IMG/VR virus record: IMGVR_UViG_3300020732_000008
Location: 1-64,000 of that record
Source: a virus
DNA: 64,000 bases
Reading direction: 5' to 3' (one strand)
Numbering within the stretch: the stretch's first letter is position 1; each line of letters begins with the position of its first letter. The translations under genes and the position numbers were made by a program. Below are positions 44,375-54,411 of this stretch, piece after piece. The notes below the pieces were generated by a model. The model was not told the origin of the DNA and made no database searches. It saw only the letters and a list, made by a program, of their open reading frames with translations.

Positions 44375-44925
44375 TAGTTCTGTGCCACTACCCTTCCTAG
44401 AAATAAAACGCCGTCAGTAGTAAATATCTCAACAAGGAGATAGCTTTGAACTGCAGAGGGTGGATTTCCACCATTTTCCCATCTAATTTGGGGAGTAAAG
44501 GGTACATATCCATTATACTGAGCTTGAAAGACGATAGAGTTTCCAGCAGCGTTTGGTATAAACTCAACGTAAAAACTAGAGCCTACTTGAGCAGCAATTA
44601 CCCCTCCAAGTCCAACTCCCGCACTGGCAGCATCTGTCTGTCCTAGATTATTTGCCTGCACTTGTCCATAGATGTTGGCTGGAGTGGTACCTGCGTAAGG
44701 AAAAAGATCGTTACCGACAGGATGGAGTGGGTATGCCGTTACATCTATGCTCGCATAAAAAGTAGACGTTGACGGTTTAAAAATTCTAATATAAGGAGTT
44801 GTCCAAGCGCTAAAGTAAACACCAGAGGCGGGATTAGTAAAAGTTGTCTTAACAATAGATGCGGTTGCAGTGTTGTACGCTGTATTAGCGCCAACAAGTA
44901 CCGCTGGGGTTGAGGTAAGTGTCAT
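44374..44925 (-). CDS. virion accessory protein, paralog 2 of a tandem trio
   Basis: C-terminal W..GG.PP...FTTDG...G. Confidence 0.65.
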   Translation of the reverse strand: MTLTSTPAVLVGANTAYNTATASIVKTTFTNPASGVYFSAWTTPYIRIFKPSTSTFYASIDVTAYPLHPVGNDLFPYAGTTPANIYGQVQANNLGQTDAASAGVGLGGVIAAQVGSSFYVEFIPNAAGNSIVFQAQYNGYVPFTPQIRWENGGNPPSAVQSYLLVEIFTTDGVLFLGRVVAQN

Positions 44926-44935
44926 AGTCTATTCC

Positions 44936-45412
44936 TTAGAATGAGTAAAGTAGCTTGCCATTGATAGTAACCCCATCAAAACTGGTAAATAGAAGAGTAG
45001 GAGCACCGCTTCCAATGCTCGCCGGTGCTGATCCACCATCCCACACAACGTTATTAAATGTAAGGGTGTACGATGTTGGAGCTACAGTGACTCTCCATAC
45101 TGTTGGCTGGTACATGGTCACACCGTAGGCGTCTACATACGTACCAGGCATTCCCACAAAGTTAACCGTTAAGTTTGATGTTAAATTAAGCAAACTAATA
45201 AAAGCACCATCAGTAGGATTTATTGTAAGGGTAGAAGTTGTAGCAATTGCAGCCTTTTGCTTACCACCAAGAGTTGTAGCTACATTGTAATTTCCCCAAC
45301 TTCCAGCGGCTGGACTGGTCAGGTTAAATACTTGAACACGAGAAAGGTGAGCACTATTCTGGACAATATCCTGGGACTGTCCAAGTACCTGTGGCACTGA
45401 GGTGACTGACAT
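44936..45412 (-). CDS. virion accessory protein, paralog 1 of a tandem trio
   Basis: C-terminal WDGGSAP...FTSFDG.T..G. Confidence 0.65.
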   Translation of the reverse strand: MSVTSVPQVLGQSQDIVQNSAHLSRVQVFNLTSPAAGSWGNYNVATTLGGKQKAAIATTSTLTINPTDGAFISLLNLTSNLTVNFVGMPGTYVDAYGVTMYQPTVWRVTVAPTSYTLTFNNVVWDGGSAPASIGSGAPTLLFTSFDGVTINGKLLYSF

Positions 45413-45699
45413 TACTTCCTCTTTCTAAACAAAGACTTACGCTGAGGTACTTCTTCTACTTCAATAACTTCTTCGGCTTCATCAAAGCCGGTACCGTTCC
45501 ATAGTGTACGAGAGACACCCGTAAGGGTATCTGGATACCAAACACCGTTTTCAAATGTCCACCCTACCGTTGGGCGTGGTTCTGCATCTGTTACATCCAC
45601 CTGAGTTAGGTGGGCTACATCTGGACCGAGATCTTGACCGAGTGTGGCGACAACCAGGTGTTTAACCTGGTTGCCGTCCATTAGAGCTATATATGCCAT
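45412..45699 (-). CDS. small GWT(Y/F)-motif protein, putative fibre chaperone
   Basis: IAL.DG..V..LVV...P.VGWTF; follows the Gly-rich giant protein. Confidence 0.6.
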   Translation of the reverse strand: MAYIALMDGNQVKHLVVATLGQDLGPDVAHLTQVDVTDAEPRPTVGWTFENGVWYPDTLTGVSRTLWNGTGFDEAEEVIEVEEVPQRKSLFRKRK

Positions 45700-45713
45700 C
45701 CTAAGAGTTTACC

Positions 45714-48700
45714 TTAGAATGTTTGCTTATCGAACCAACGAATGATCGCTAGACCGTCTGATCCATTACCACCGTTAGAGTTGTAACCGAGGTATGCAAG
45801 GCCTGACATATCGAGATCGACGATATCGCCGGCATCGAAGTAGTCACCTTCCCATGTTACGTCAAACAAGTAAGCGTTAGATGGTGCAGCTAGAGTTGTC
45901 CAGCCACCAACCTGTGTGTAGGTACCGTTAACGCCGAGGTAGTTAGTTGTGTTAACTGCGGTGAAGACGATATCAACGAGAGGACGATCTTCACGAATAA
46001 TCGTGTTGGTCTGATCCTTCCAACGGATTGTTGGACGTACACGCTTTGTTGTTCCTGAGAACACTGGGCTGTTGATCGTTGAAGTTGGAGACGAGGTCAA
46101 ACGAGCTGCAAGCGTTGGGATGGTGATAACTGTACGAGGCAAGATCTGGAATGTCTGAGACATTGTTGTGACCTTGAAGTTACCGTCATCCTGTACTGTG
46201 ATACGAAGACCGTTAGAACCTGAAACAATCGCTGCAGATGAGCTTGGCTCAATATCTGTGGCGTTATAAAGTGGGATCCACTTGTAGTACTCAGGTGAAG
46301 CGGCTTCGTATGAAACAGCGAGGTTTGCAGGGAAGTGCAAGATTGGCTGATCTGGAGCCTGACCAAAGTTGGTCGAACCTCCACCGCCACCGGCACCGGT
46401 GTTAGCAATAGCGTCGATACCACGGGCAAAGTAGTTACCCATAGCTGAACCCCAAGAGGTAATAGTTGACTGGGTTAGGTCGACGATGAAGTTACCGCCA
46501 CCCTTACCGCCGCCAGCTACTCCACGACCTGGAACCATCTGTCCATTGAACTGCGCACCAGTAGGTGTTGTAAGGTTGGTAGCACCACCTTGGATGTTGG
46601 CGTTAGTACCTGATACAGACCAAGTAGACCAACCAGCTCCACCGCCTCCGCCACCAAGGGCGACGCCGACAAGTGAACCAGAGTTAAGACCTGAGATAAC
46701 GGTACCTTGTCCACCATCACCAGCGTAGCCAGGGATTACGGTGTTGTTGTTACCGGTATTCATAATGGCGAATCCGCCGTTGTTACCACGCTGAGGGAAT
46801 GAAGGTTGAGTGTAAGCAGCGGTTGTCTGCCATCCACCTGTCCAGTTCATTGTGGTTGAAGCTGATGTTGACTGCAAGAAGCTCTGACCATTCTGACCAG
46901 GTGTGAGAGATCCTCCACCACCGCCAGCAAGAGCAAGAGCTGCTGAAGTTGAGTTGTAAGCTGCGTGACCGCCGTTGTTAGCACCCTGAATACCAAACAT
47001 CCAGTAGATGTTGTTAGAGTTGTAGGTACCTCCACCTCCGCCGCCTTCTGCTGCAAGAGTCCATCCGGAGATCAAACGGGAAGCACCAGTCTGACCTTCG
47101 TAGTAGATCGTTGCACCGTCAGGGCGCTTTGGAAGCGTTGCGGTTGCTGAAGCTTCAAGTACAGGGTAGAGCATGTTGTACTGAATGTTGTTCACAGTAG
47201 CTGACTGAGCACCGTTAAGTACGGAGAAACCTACACGAGCGTAAGCAGCTGCGGCCACTGGCTGGTAACCGGATGTAGTTGCTACTGGAGCCACTGCACC
47301 GTTTACACCAACACGAGCACCGTAGTTAGCGGCTGGCATTTCAGTTGCGTTAGCAGCATATCCTGTGTAACCAAGGAACATGTTTGGACCAACAGAACGT
47401 GAAAGAACGTTGTAATCAGCATCAAGCCATTCAATAAATGCGTTGATTGGACGATACTGGTTAGCAAGACCAGAGCCATAAACCCACATAGAAGCTGAGT
47501 AAGTGGTACCTGCGGTAACACGTACTGGACGGTGAGCGGTTTCAATGTTGCCAGTCGTGGCTGTGTATGAGTTAAGAACCATAGAGGTTTCAAAGCCATA
47601 AACAGGAGGCTGCCATGTTGTTGGGGTTCCACCAAGTTCAAGCTGAACGTTGTCGACCCAGAAGGTTGTGCTTGGCTGCTGGAACAAGATAACTGGATAT
47701 ACGAACTGAGGTGTTGAACCGTAGGCGTATGTTCCGTTTGAGAGTGTTGCAGCAATTGCTGGGGTTGTAAAGGTTGTTGATACACGACGCCATCCTGCAG
47801 GAATAAACTGCGATCCGGTTGGTGTACCAAAGGTGATCGATGTAGAGGCTGGAAGGGCTGCTGTAAGAGCAGTTCCGATTACGATCTGAGTTGAGTTAAC
47901 GATAGAAGAAATCGCTACACCAGATGCAAGACCAGTTACTGAAGAGGATACAGTCATACCAGCAATAAGGTTAGCTGTGCTTGTCAAGGTGATTGTTGTT
48001 GCACCCTGAGCGTTTGTTCCTGAAGAAGATGTGGTTACTGAAGCACCATATCCTGTAAGAGGAGCAGGCTGACCTTGACGTACGAAGAAGCCGTTTGCCT
48101 GACCAGCATCGATAGAAGAGGTAGTTCCTGAGGTTGTACCACCAAGGTAGTTAGCGTTAACTGCTGCGTTGTAAGAGTTACCAACAGAACGAAGCTGGAA
48201 CAAAACCGGTGTAGTTGTTGTAACAGTGGCGTTTGAGTAGATGTACGCAGACAAGGTGTAGGTCTGACCTGGGATATAAGGGATACCTGTAGAACCGGTA
48301 GTTGTGACACCACCAGTTGAAACAGTTGTACCTGTAAAGGAGGTGAAGTTAACCCATGAAGGTGAGGCTGTAGAAACACCAGAACCGGTAACGACGTTAA
48401 GTGAGTTCTGCCCTACAGTTCCCGCATAAGAAGCAACAACTGGGGTAGAAGACATCGTTGTAGCAATTGTCTGGTTAAGGGTTACAACGTTACCTGAAAT
48501 GTTGACGATGAAGGTACCAGTTGAGAGGTAACCTGCAGCAACAAGGAACATGTCAGGCAAGAGGTTAGCTGTGCTAGCCAAGGTTAGCTGGTAAGAACCA
48601 GAGTTACCTGTACCTGTTGTTGTAAGAACCGAACCAACCTGTTCCGCTAACTTAGCAGGAAGACCTGAGTTAGTTAAAGCGAAGGTAGCAAATGCTGTAC

Positions 48701-49577
48701 CGTTTTGCTGAATCAAGCTGTTTGAGATAAGTGTTGTATCTTCAAGCTGAGCAAGACGAGGTGGGAGAAGGTTGTTAGAAAGGTTTGCACTCTGATTAGA
48801 AGAGTAGCTGTTGTTAGTAAATGTATTCGTACCAGAAAGTGCGTCAATACCAACCTGGTTTGTCTGATAGAACAAGATCTGGCCCTGCTGGATGGTTGAA
48901 TCACCGTTGTCGAAACGAACGATGCCTGAAACAGCACCTGAGTTAGCCACTGTCAAGTTAACAATGTTACCGACTACAGAAGAAACCTGGGTGTTAGATC
49001 CAAGACCTGAGGTTGTTGTTGCAACTTCAGGAGAAGCAGTTGTAACTGCTGATCCACCGTAGACGTACTGTCCAACAACGATACCGTTAGCGTTAGGGAA
49101 TACTTCGATAGAAGATTGTCCCGAGATACCTGTAGCACCACGGTAGAGAACTTCTGGATCCCAACCAAGAACGTTAAGGTCAAAGTCTGGGTTAGTGAGG
49201 TAGTTCCATACTGTTACAGAACCAAATGTGGTTGTACCACCGTTAGTTCCTGGAAGAGTAGAGGTTGTATCAGATGCGGCGGTAAGTGCGCCGAGGCCAC
49301 CTTGTCCACCTGCACCGATTAGAATTGGGTAAGCAGTACCTGGTGTTACAGAAAGATTCTGAACTACGACGGCACCACCGGCGCCACCACCACCTGCTGA
49401 GTACTGTGATCCACCACCGCCACCGCCACCGGCACCAACAAGGATGACCTGTGCGGAGCTTACACCTGCTGGAGCTGTCCAGGTGCCACTAGTGGTAAAA
49501 ACCTGCTCCTTGATATTGACGCGACCAGAGTTGTCGTTAGGAAAGACAACGAGATCTTTATATGAAGAAATTGCCAT
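45714..49577 (-). CDS. large glycine-rich adhesin-like virion protein with inserted beta domains
   Basis: FT.SGTW..P.GV....V..VGAGGGG start, many GGGGG runs, G.G..G..IIRW end; CBM-like inserts. Confidence 0.7.
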   Translation of the reverse strand: MAISSYKDLVVFPNDNSGRVNIKEQVFTTSGTWTAPAGVSSAQVILVGAGGGGGGGSQYSAGGGGAGGAVVVQNLSVTPGTAYPILIGAGGQGGLGALTAASDTTSTLPGTNGGTTTFGSVTVWNYLTNPDFDLNVLGWDPEVLYRGATGISGQSSIEVFPNANGIVVGQYVYGGSAVTTASPEVATTTSGLGSNTQVSSVVGNIVNLTVANSGAVSGIVRFDNGDSTIQQGQILFYQTNQVGIDALSGTNTFTNNSYSSNQSANLSNNLLPPRLAQLEDTTLISNSLIQQNGTAFATFALTNSGLPAKLAEQVGSVLTTTGTGNSGSYQLTLASTANLLPDMFLVAAGYLSTGTFIVNISGNVVTLNQTIATTMSSTPVVASYAGTVGQNSLNVVTGSGVSTASPSWVNFTSFTGTTVSTGGVTTTGSTGIPYIPGQTYTLSAYIYSNATVTTTTPVLFQLRSVGNSYNAAVNANYLGGTTSGTTSSIDAGQANGFFVRQGQPAPLTGYGASVTTSSSGTNAQGATTITLTSTANLIAGMTVSSSVTGLASGVAISSIVNSTQIVIGTALTAALPASTSITFGTPTGSQFIPAGWRRVSTTFTTPAIAATLSNGTYAYGSTPQFVYPVILFQQPSTTFWVDNVQLELGGTPTTWQPPVYGFETSMVLNSYTATTGNIETAHRPVRVTAGTTYSASMWVYGSGLANQYRPINAFIEWLDADYNVLSRSVGPNMFLGYTGYAANATEMPAANYGARVGVNGAVAPVATTSGYQPVAAAAYARVGFSVLNGAQSATVNNIQYNMLYPVLEASATATLPKRPDGATIYYEGQTGASRLISGWTLAAEGGGGGGTYNSNNIYWMFGIQGANNGGHAAYNSTSAALALAGGGGGSLTPGQNGQSFLQSTSASTTMNWTGGWQTTAAYTQPSFPQRGNNGGFAIMNTGNNNTVIPGYAGDGGQGTVISGLNSGSLVGVALGGGGGGAGWSTWSVSGTNANIQGGATNLTTPTGAQFNGQMVPGRGVAGGGKGGGNFIVDLTQSTITSWGSAMGNYFARGIDAIANTGAGGGGGSTNFGQAPDQPILHFPANLAVSYEAASPEYYKWIPLYNATDIEPSSSAAIVSGSNGLRITVQDDGNFKVTTMSQTFQILPRTVITIPTLAARLTSSPTSTINSPVFSGTTKRVRPTIRWKDQTNTIIREDRPLVDIVFTAVNTTNYLGVNGTYTQVGGWTTLAAPSNAYLFDVTWEGDYFDAGDIVDLDMSGLAYLGYNSNGGNGSDGLAIIRWFDKQTF

Positions 49578-49609
49578 TAGTTAGCTACCTGTCCTTAGGT
49601 CCTGAGTTA

Positions 49610-49912
49610 TTACTGGTATACGCCAGAGATGAAGAAATCTACTGCTGATGCAGCATCTGCTGTTACTACTACCAAGTCGCTTGGGTTAGCAACAAGACGT
49701 GCATCAAAGTTAACTGTTCCGTTTGCTGGAACTTGAAGATTTGTGCAGAAAGAATATCCGCCAACTGTAAGTGTTACGTAGCGGGTATTGGCTGTCTTGT
49801 TTGACAAGACAACGTTAGTGATGATTGCGGCTGTAGATGCTGTGATGCTTACGCCAGAGTCGGTAGTACCTGCGGTACCACGACGAATAAGTGTTACTGT
49901 AGGTGTAGCCAT
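49610..49912 (-). CDS. small beta-rich virion protein
   Basis: IITNVVLSN...VPAN...F.ISG. Confidence 0.6.
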   Translation of the reverse strand: MATPTVTLIRRGTAGTTDSGVSITASTAAIITNVVLSNKTANTRYVTLTVGGYSFCTNLQVPANGTVNFDARLVANPSDLVVVTADAASAVDFFISGVYQ

Positions 49913-50250
49913 TATGCTAGAACTCCCATGTATGCGTAGGTTTGGATATTACTTGCTGTTGAAGATACCGCAGCAACCTGAGTGGCTCCTGCAGAGTTTA
50001 CTGCTGATACTTGAGTAGTTCCAGCGGTGTTAACGAGACCAACCTGAGTTGTTCCTGTTGTTGTAATAGTAGATACCTGGTTTGATGTGGCTGCCACAAT
50101 GTCATTGACACCCAAAACAGAACCGAGGGTTACTAAAGCGTTTGCGTAGTATGCGTAGTCCGATGCTGAGCTGACTCCACCAGCAAGGGTGGTTGTCATG
50201 TCCGCAGTTAGCGCATTGATCTGCGTTTGCAGTGTTGCGTAGCTTGTCAT
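49912..50250 (-). CDS. small structural protein with xGTTQVxxVN repeats
   Basis: Three to four 11-residue repeats (TTGTTQVGLVN, TAGTTQVSAVN, SAGATQVAAVS). Confidence 0.6.
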   Translation of the reverse strand: MTSYATLQTQINALTADMTTTLAGGVSSASDYAYYANALVTLGSVLGVNDIVAATSNQVSTITTTGTTQVGLVNTAGTTQVSAVNSAGATQVAAVSSTASNIQTYAYMGVLA

Positions 50251-50326
50251 TGTGGGGATTACCTGCTTTCCAAGGTTTCTAGAAGTATATCAGATTTGAC
50301 AAACCTGGATACTTTAAGTAAGGAGA

Positions 50327-53300
50327 TTATGCCTGGGCTTCCGTCCAGGACAAACGAGCTGAGATTTGTGATGACGATGCACCGATGTTGGTAGCCAAAA
50401 TCACCAATACGTCAGGACCGTTAGGGAATCCTGGGGTAGAGACGTTTCCGTTACCAGACATGTATGAGTTTCCGATGTCTTTTGCACCAATAAGAGAGTA
50501 CACAGAAGAGTTGTAGTTTGAAGCTCCACCACCGTTTTCAGAGAAGAACGAGAAGATAGAGTCACCGCCCTGGGCTACTGCTGATGCGGTCTGGATAGCT
50601 CCTTGACCATAGCCATTATCGAAGAAGATAGCTTGAGCCAAAGAGGACTGACCAACAGAGTCACGGGTCCAGTCGTTAGGTAGACCTGTATAACCAACCT
50701 GAGGTGTGAAGGTAATAGTTCCAGACACTGTGGTTGTATTAGCTACGCTTAGGTATACCACTGAACCACTGATAGCTGTGATATACGCACCAGATCCAAT
50801 ACCTGTACCAGACACAGTCATACCAACCTGAAGGCCTGTAGTACCACCGGTATTCAGAGCTGCGTCAGAGATAGTGATCGTGCTCTGACCTGAGGTTCCT
50901 GCAACTGTAGAACGGGTAGCAGCAAGCTGAGCAGTGGTAAGGGTGTTATAGCTAATAGACGATGGGTTCAAGATAACGTCGATACGGTATGAGCCGTTAG
51001 TCTGGACACCCACAGATTGAAGCTGGAGGGCCATGCGGTTGATCAACTCACGAATACCGAAGTTACGTGCTTGAGCGTTATCCACTGTAGGGGCTACACG
51101 GATTGCGATCAATGGACGGGTAACACCGGCCGCAATCTGCTGATACTTAGTCATACCAGCTGTAAAGATTGGGAGCAAGTCAGCCTGGTATCCGCCATCC
51201 ATAACTACTGAAGAACCCCAGTGCTGGATGATAGGTGCGCAGTTCTGAGTAATAGGTAGGACTGAAACCTGTGCGTTTCCACCAGTTCCTGTAAATGAAG
51301 AGTCAGCAGCAAATGTTACTGGGTTCAATGTACCTGAGTATGTAAATGGCTGGTCGGGGTATGTCATGGTTACTGAGGCACGACGTTGTGAGATCGTAAT
51401 TGGATAAGCATTAAGAGTTGTATTCAACGCACCAATAGATGAGATCTGCATGATTTCAAGGTTAGTATCATCCTTAACTACGATATAACCTGGATTTGCC
51501 CATTCCCAAATAGCATCAGCTTGAACGTACATAGTCGTATCGTTAGGTGCTAATTGAGACCCGATTACACCAGAACCTCCAGCAACCATCTTGCCGTATG
51601 TAATCGGTGAGTTATCTACTTCGTAACGAGCTGGCAGGTTACCTGACTTCTGGTAAGCAAGCTGGTTAACGTTAGAGTTAACAATACGGTGTACGTAAAT
51701 GATATTTCCACGTGGACCACGAACACCGAAACGAATAGTTCCAGCACCATACCAAGAGTAATCGATGTAGATCATCTGCATGCGCTTTGGATCGAGGTTA
51801 TAGCCAGAAGGACCAGTACCATCGCACTTGTCCATGTTCCAGTTAGCTTGAGGAATACGGATATTCTGTGTGATTGTTGCACGAGCACCGGTCTGTGAAA
51901 CACCCTTATAAGCTGGGGCAATGTAAAGCTGGGTATCTGAAGAGATAGCAGTAACAAGGTAAGAAGAACCCTTGATTACAATCTTTTGACCGGCCACGAT
52001 CTGCTTACGGAACTGAGTTCCTACACCAGTGATTAGTGGGCTGTACTGTGTCAAGTTAAGACGGCCGCTTAGTACCTTCTCTGAGTGGCGACGGTTAACA
52101 TAAATCTCTTGTCCATCATAGGCAAAGTAGAAACCGTTTTGCTCATCAAACATTCCAGAACGAGTCTCTGCACCCCACCAGTTAATCGCATGTGCGTATG
52201 AGGACTGTCCATTAGGTGTCAAATCACTAAATGATACGGCCTGTGTAAGGGTAACTTTATATTGGAACACGTTCGAGTTTGTTACAGCAGTAACTGTAAA
52301 CGTTCCGTTATAAGGATTGTAACCATTTGAGTTTAAAGTCTGAATATTTTCAATGTATACAACAGCACCTGCTTGCAACCCATGATCTTCCATAGTTGTT
52401 ACGGTGACTGTCTGGAGTCCTACAGAGCCCGCACCCATTGAGATTGCATCAATATTAAAGGTGGGGGTTAACTTTGCACCAGTAGAGAACTGGACTGCTT
52501 TACCCGCTTGGTAACGGAAATAACGACGTGTCTGACGAATAGCCTGAAGACCTGGTACGTTATTGTAAGTTGTAATAGCAACACCGGCATCGTATGGGCG
52601 GTGAATAACGTAACCGTCTGACTTAGTAATGATACGTCCAGTAGATGGAACAGATACTGAGCCATACTGCTGGTATGCAGTGAATACCAAGGTGTTTACC
52701 GTTGGTACCTGCTTGATTACATAGTCACCATCAAAGGAGTTAGTTCCAGAAATAGAGATGGTTGCACCAGGATAGATTCCATGAGGGTACTGGAATGTTA
52801 CTGTAATAGTAGAAGGTGTTCCGTTGTCTGTTGAAGCAGACCATGGATTCATTGTATTTGGTGCTACTAATGCCTGACCAAGGGGAAGGGTTCCTAGTCC
52901 AGCAAAGTTACCGCCTGGGATGTGTGCACCATCAAATACGTCTCCACCGTAGACTACAGAGTCATTCTGGAAGATAGTTTCACCAGATACAACTCCACGA
53001 CCACGATATGTAAAGGTGTAGATAGTAGGTGCTGAAAGAACTTGGAAGGTTCCTTCTACACGATAGTTTTGAGTTTCTTGAACGTTTATTACCTGACCTA
53101 CTGAAAGGCCGTGAGGAACCGAGGTTGTTACTGTGATAATTGAGCGGGGAGAAGTTCCATCACCATAAATGGATGTTGCTGCAATAGAGTTACCGCCGTT
53201 AGGCTTAGCAAAATAGCTAGGGTAGTTAGATGTAAGAAAGATTGATTCCCATTTAGAAGGCTGAACTGAATATTCAAAGTCGGTATCGATCAAGGACTGC

Positions 53301-53653
53301 GGTGTAGAAACACGCTGCTTCTGAGCACCATCAGTTAGAGTCTCATCCGGAATGGTAGTCTGAGCGTATTCATCGACATATACCTGGATATTGTCAGTAG
53401 ACAACATTGTTACGCCACTAAACTTAGCTGGGTTTAGAACAATTACGGTAGAAAGAATACCCGTTCCATTATCAACCGAGGTTACTGAGGTATAAGAGGT
53501 GCTAGGATCTGAGAAGTTGTAAAGAGTAACGTTACGTGTTACGTTAGTAATGAGCATGATGCGCTCAGGACGAATCCAACGCTCGTTAATTGTAAGGGTA
53601 TAAGTAGACGGATTAAAAGTATAATCTGTCTCCTGCAATACATTTCTTGACAT
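50327..53653 (-). CDS. large virion structural protein (1108 aa)
   Basis: YTF.P...ITNVT, K.RVS.PQSLIDTDFEY, RQTRRYFRYQ.GK, YSWYGAG, HWG.SV.MDG; repeated HG...G..I beta-barrel modules. Confidence 0.7.
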   Translation of the reverse strand: MSRNVLQETDYTFNPSTYTLTINERWIRPERIMLITNVTRNVTLYNFSDPSTSYTSVTSVDNGTGILSTVIVLNPAKFSGVTMLSTDNIQVYVDEYAQTTIPDETLTDGAQKQRVSTPQSLIDTDFEYSVQPSKWESIFLTSNYPSYFAKPNGGNSIAATSIYGDGTSPRSIITVTTSVPHGLSVGQVINVQETQNYRVEGTFQVLSAPTIYTFTYRGRGVVSGETIFQNDSVVYGGDVFDGAHIPGGNFAGLGTLPLGQALVAPNTMNPWSASTDNGTPSTITVTFQYPHGIYPGATISISGTNSFDGDYVIKQVPTVNTLVFTAYQQYGSVSVPSTGRIITKSDGYVIHRPYDAGVAITTYNNVPGLQAIRQTRRYFRYQAGKAVQFSTGAKLTPTFNIDAISMGAGSVGLQTVTVTTMEDHGLQAGAVVYIENIQTLNSNGYNPYNGTFTVTAVTNSNVFQYKVTLTQAVSFSDLTPNGQSSYAHAINWWGAETRSGMFDEQNGFYFAYDGQEIYVNRRHSEKVLSGRLNLTQYSPLITGVGTQFRKQIVAGQKIVIKGSSYLVTAISSDTQLYIAPAYKGVSQTGARATITQNIRIPQANWNMDKCDGTGPSGYNLDPKRMQMIYIDYSWYGAGTIRFGVRGPRGNIIYVHRIVNSNVNQLAYQKSGNLPARYEVDNSPITYGKMVAGGSGVIGSQLAPNDTTMYVQADAIWEWANPGYIVVKDDTNLEIMQISSIGALNTTLNAYPITISQRRASVTMTYPDQPFTYSGTLNPVTFAADSSFTGTGGNAQVSVLPITQNCAPIIQHWGSSVVMDGGYQADLLPIFTAGMTKYQQIAAGVTRPLIAIRVAPTVDNAQARNFGIRELINRMALQLQSVGVQTNGSYRIDVILNPSSISYNTLTTAQLAATRSTVAGTSGQSTITISDAALNTGGTTGLQVGMTVSGTGIGSGAYITAISGSVVYLSVANTTTVSGTITFTPQVGYTGLPNDWTRDSVGQSSLAQAIFFDNGYGQGAIQTASAVAQGGDSIFSFFSENGGGASNYNSSVYSLIGAKDIGNSYMSGNGNVSTPGFPNGPDVLVILATNIGASSSQISARLSWTEAQA

Positions 53654-53666
53654 TTAGTAGACCTTC

Positions 53667-54077
53667 CTAGATCAGGTAAATCGGCGGTATAACAGAGGTT
53701 GCGGTTGTTACATAAGTTGTGTTAATGTTCTTAGGGAAGTAAAATCCAATACCCATTCTAGCATCTGCAATGACCTGTGCGTTCAAAGCAGTATCACCAG
53801 GCGTTCCAGCAGGACCAGTTACTCCGGGGGCTCCTGTAGGTCCAGTCGCTCCTGCAGCTCCTGCAGCTCCTGCAGCGCCAGTAGGTCCTGTTGGACCCGT
53901 TACTGAGGCACCCGCAGGTCCTGAAGCATAAGGTAGAGAATTCCAAGTAGTGACTCCGTCACCAATTTTAAATTTAGATGTATCTGTTTCTAGGGCTAAC
54001 TCACCCTGGGCTAATAGAGTATTAGCAGCAGTCCATTGTGCGGCTGTTCCACGACGTAACTGTAGCTGAATAGACAT
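53667..54077 (-). CDS. Mtd-N-like domain plus short collagen-like repeat
   Basis: IQLRRGTAAQW...L..GE...ETDT..FKIGDG...W..LPY, then Gly-X-Y triplets. Confidence 0.85.
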   Translation of the reverse strand: MSIQLQLRRGTAAQWTAANTLLAQGELALETDTSKFKIGDGVTTWNSLPYASGPAGASVTGPTGPTGAAGAAGAAGATGPTGAPGVTGPAGTPGDTALNAQVIADARMGIGFYFPKNINTTYVTTATSVIPPIYLI

Positions 54078-54409
54078 CAGACTCCTCCGAAGTTAATAGC
54101 GGCAACTCCGCCGTAATTTGTTGTGGGCCCACCACCATCTACATTGATAATGCTAGCACCTTGGGCACCCGTTGGTCCTGTTGGACCTGGAATAGTTGAA
54201 GCAGCACCTGTCGGACCTGCGATACCTGTAGCACCTGTAGGTCCTTGAGGACCGGTAGGGCCAGGAACTGTAGACGCAGCACCAGTTGGACCTGTAGGTC
54301 CGGAGGTTGTTGATACAGAGATCCAGGCTACACCTGTCCATTGCCAAGTACGAGTTCCGTATGTATAGCTTTGTCCAGGGGTAGGAGAAGCTGGGAAATT
54401 AATAGCCAT
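54077..54409 (-). CDS. short collagen-like fibre/adaptor protein
   Basis: MAINFP.SP..G, W.W.G..W, GPT repeats, C-terminal DGG motif. Confidence 0.8.
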   Translation of the reverse strand: MAINFPASPTPGQSYTYGTRTWQWTGVAWISVSTTSGPTGPTGAASTVPGPTGPQGPTGATGIAGPTGAASTIPGPTGPTGAQGASIINVDGGGPTTNYGGVAAINFGGV

Positions 54410-54411
54410 TG

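Noticed and set aside
53667-54077. Diversity-generating retroelement, suggested by the Mtd-N-like domain
   Set aside because: No reverse transcriptase gene and no template/variable repeat pair differing at adenines were seen in this window. Mtd-N is a common fibre attachment domain.
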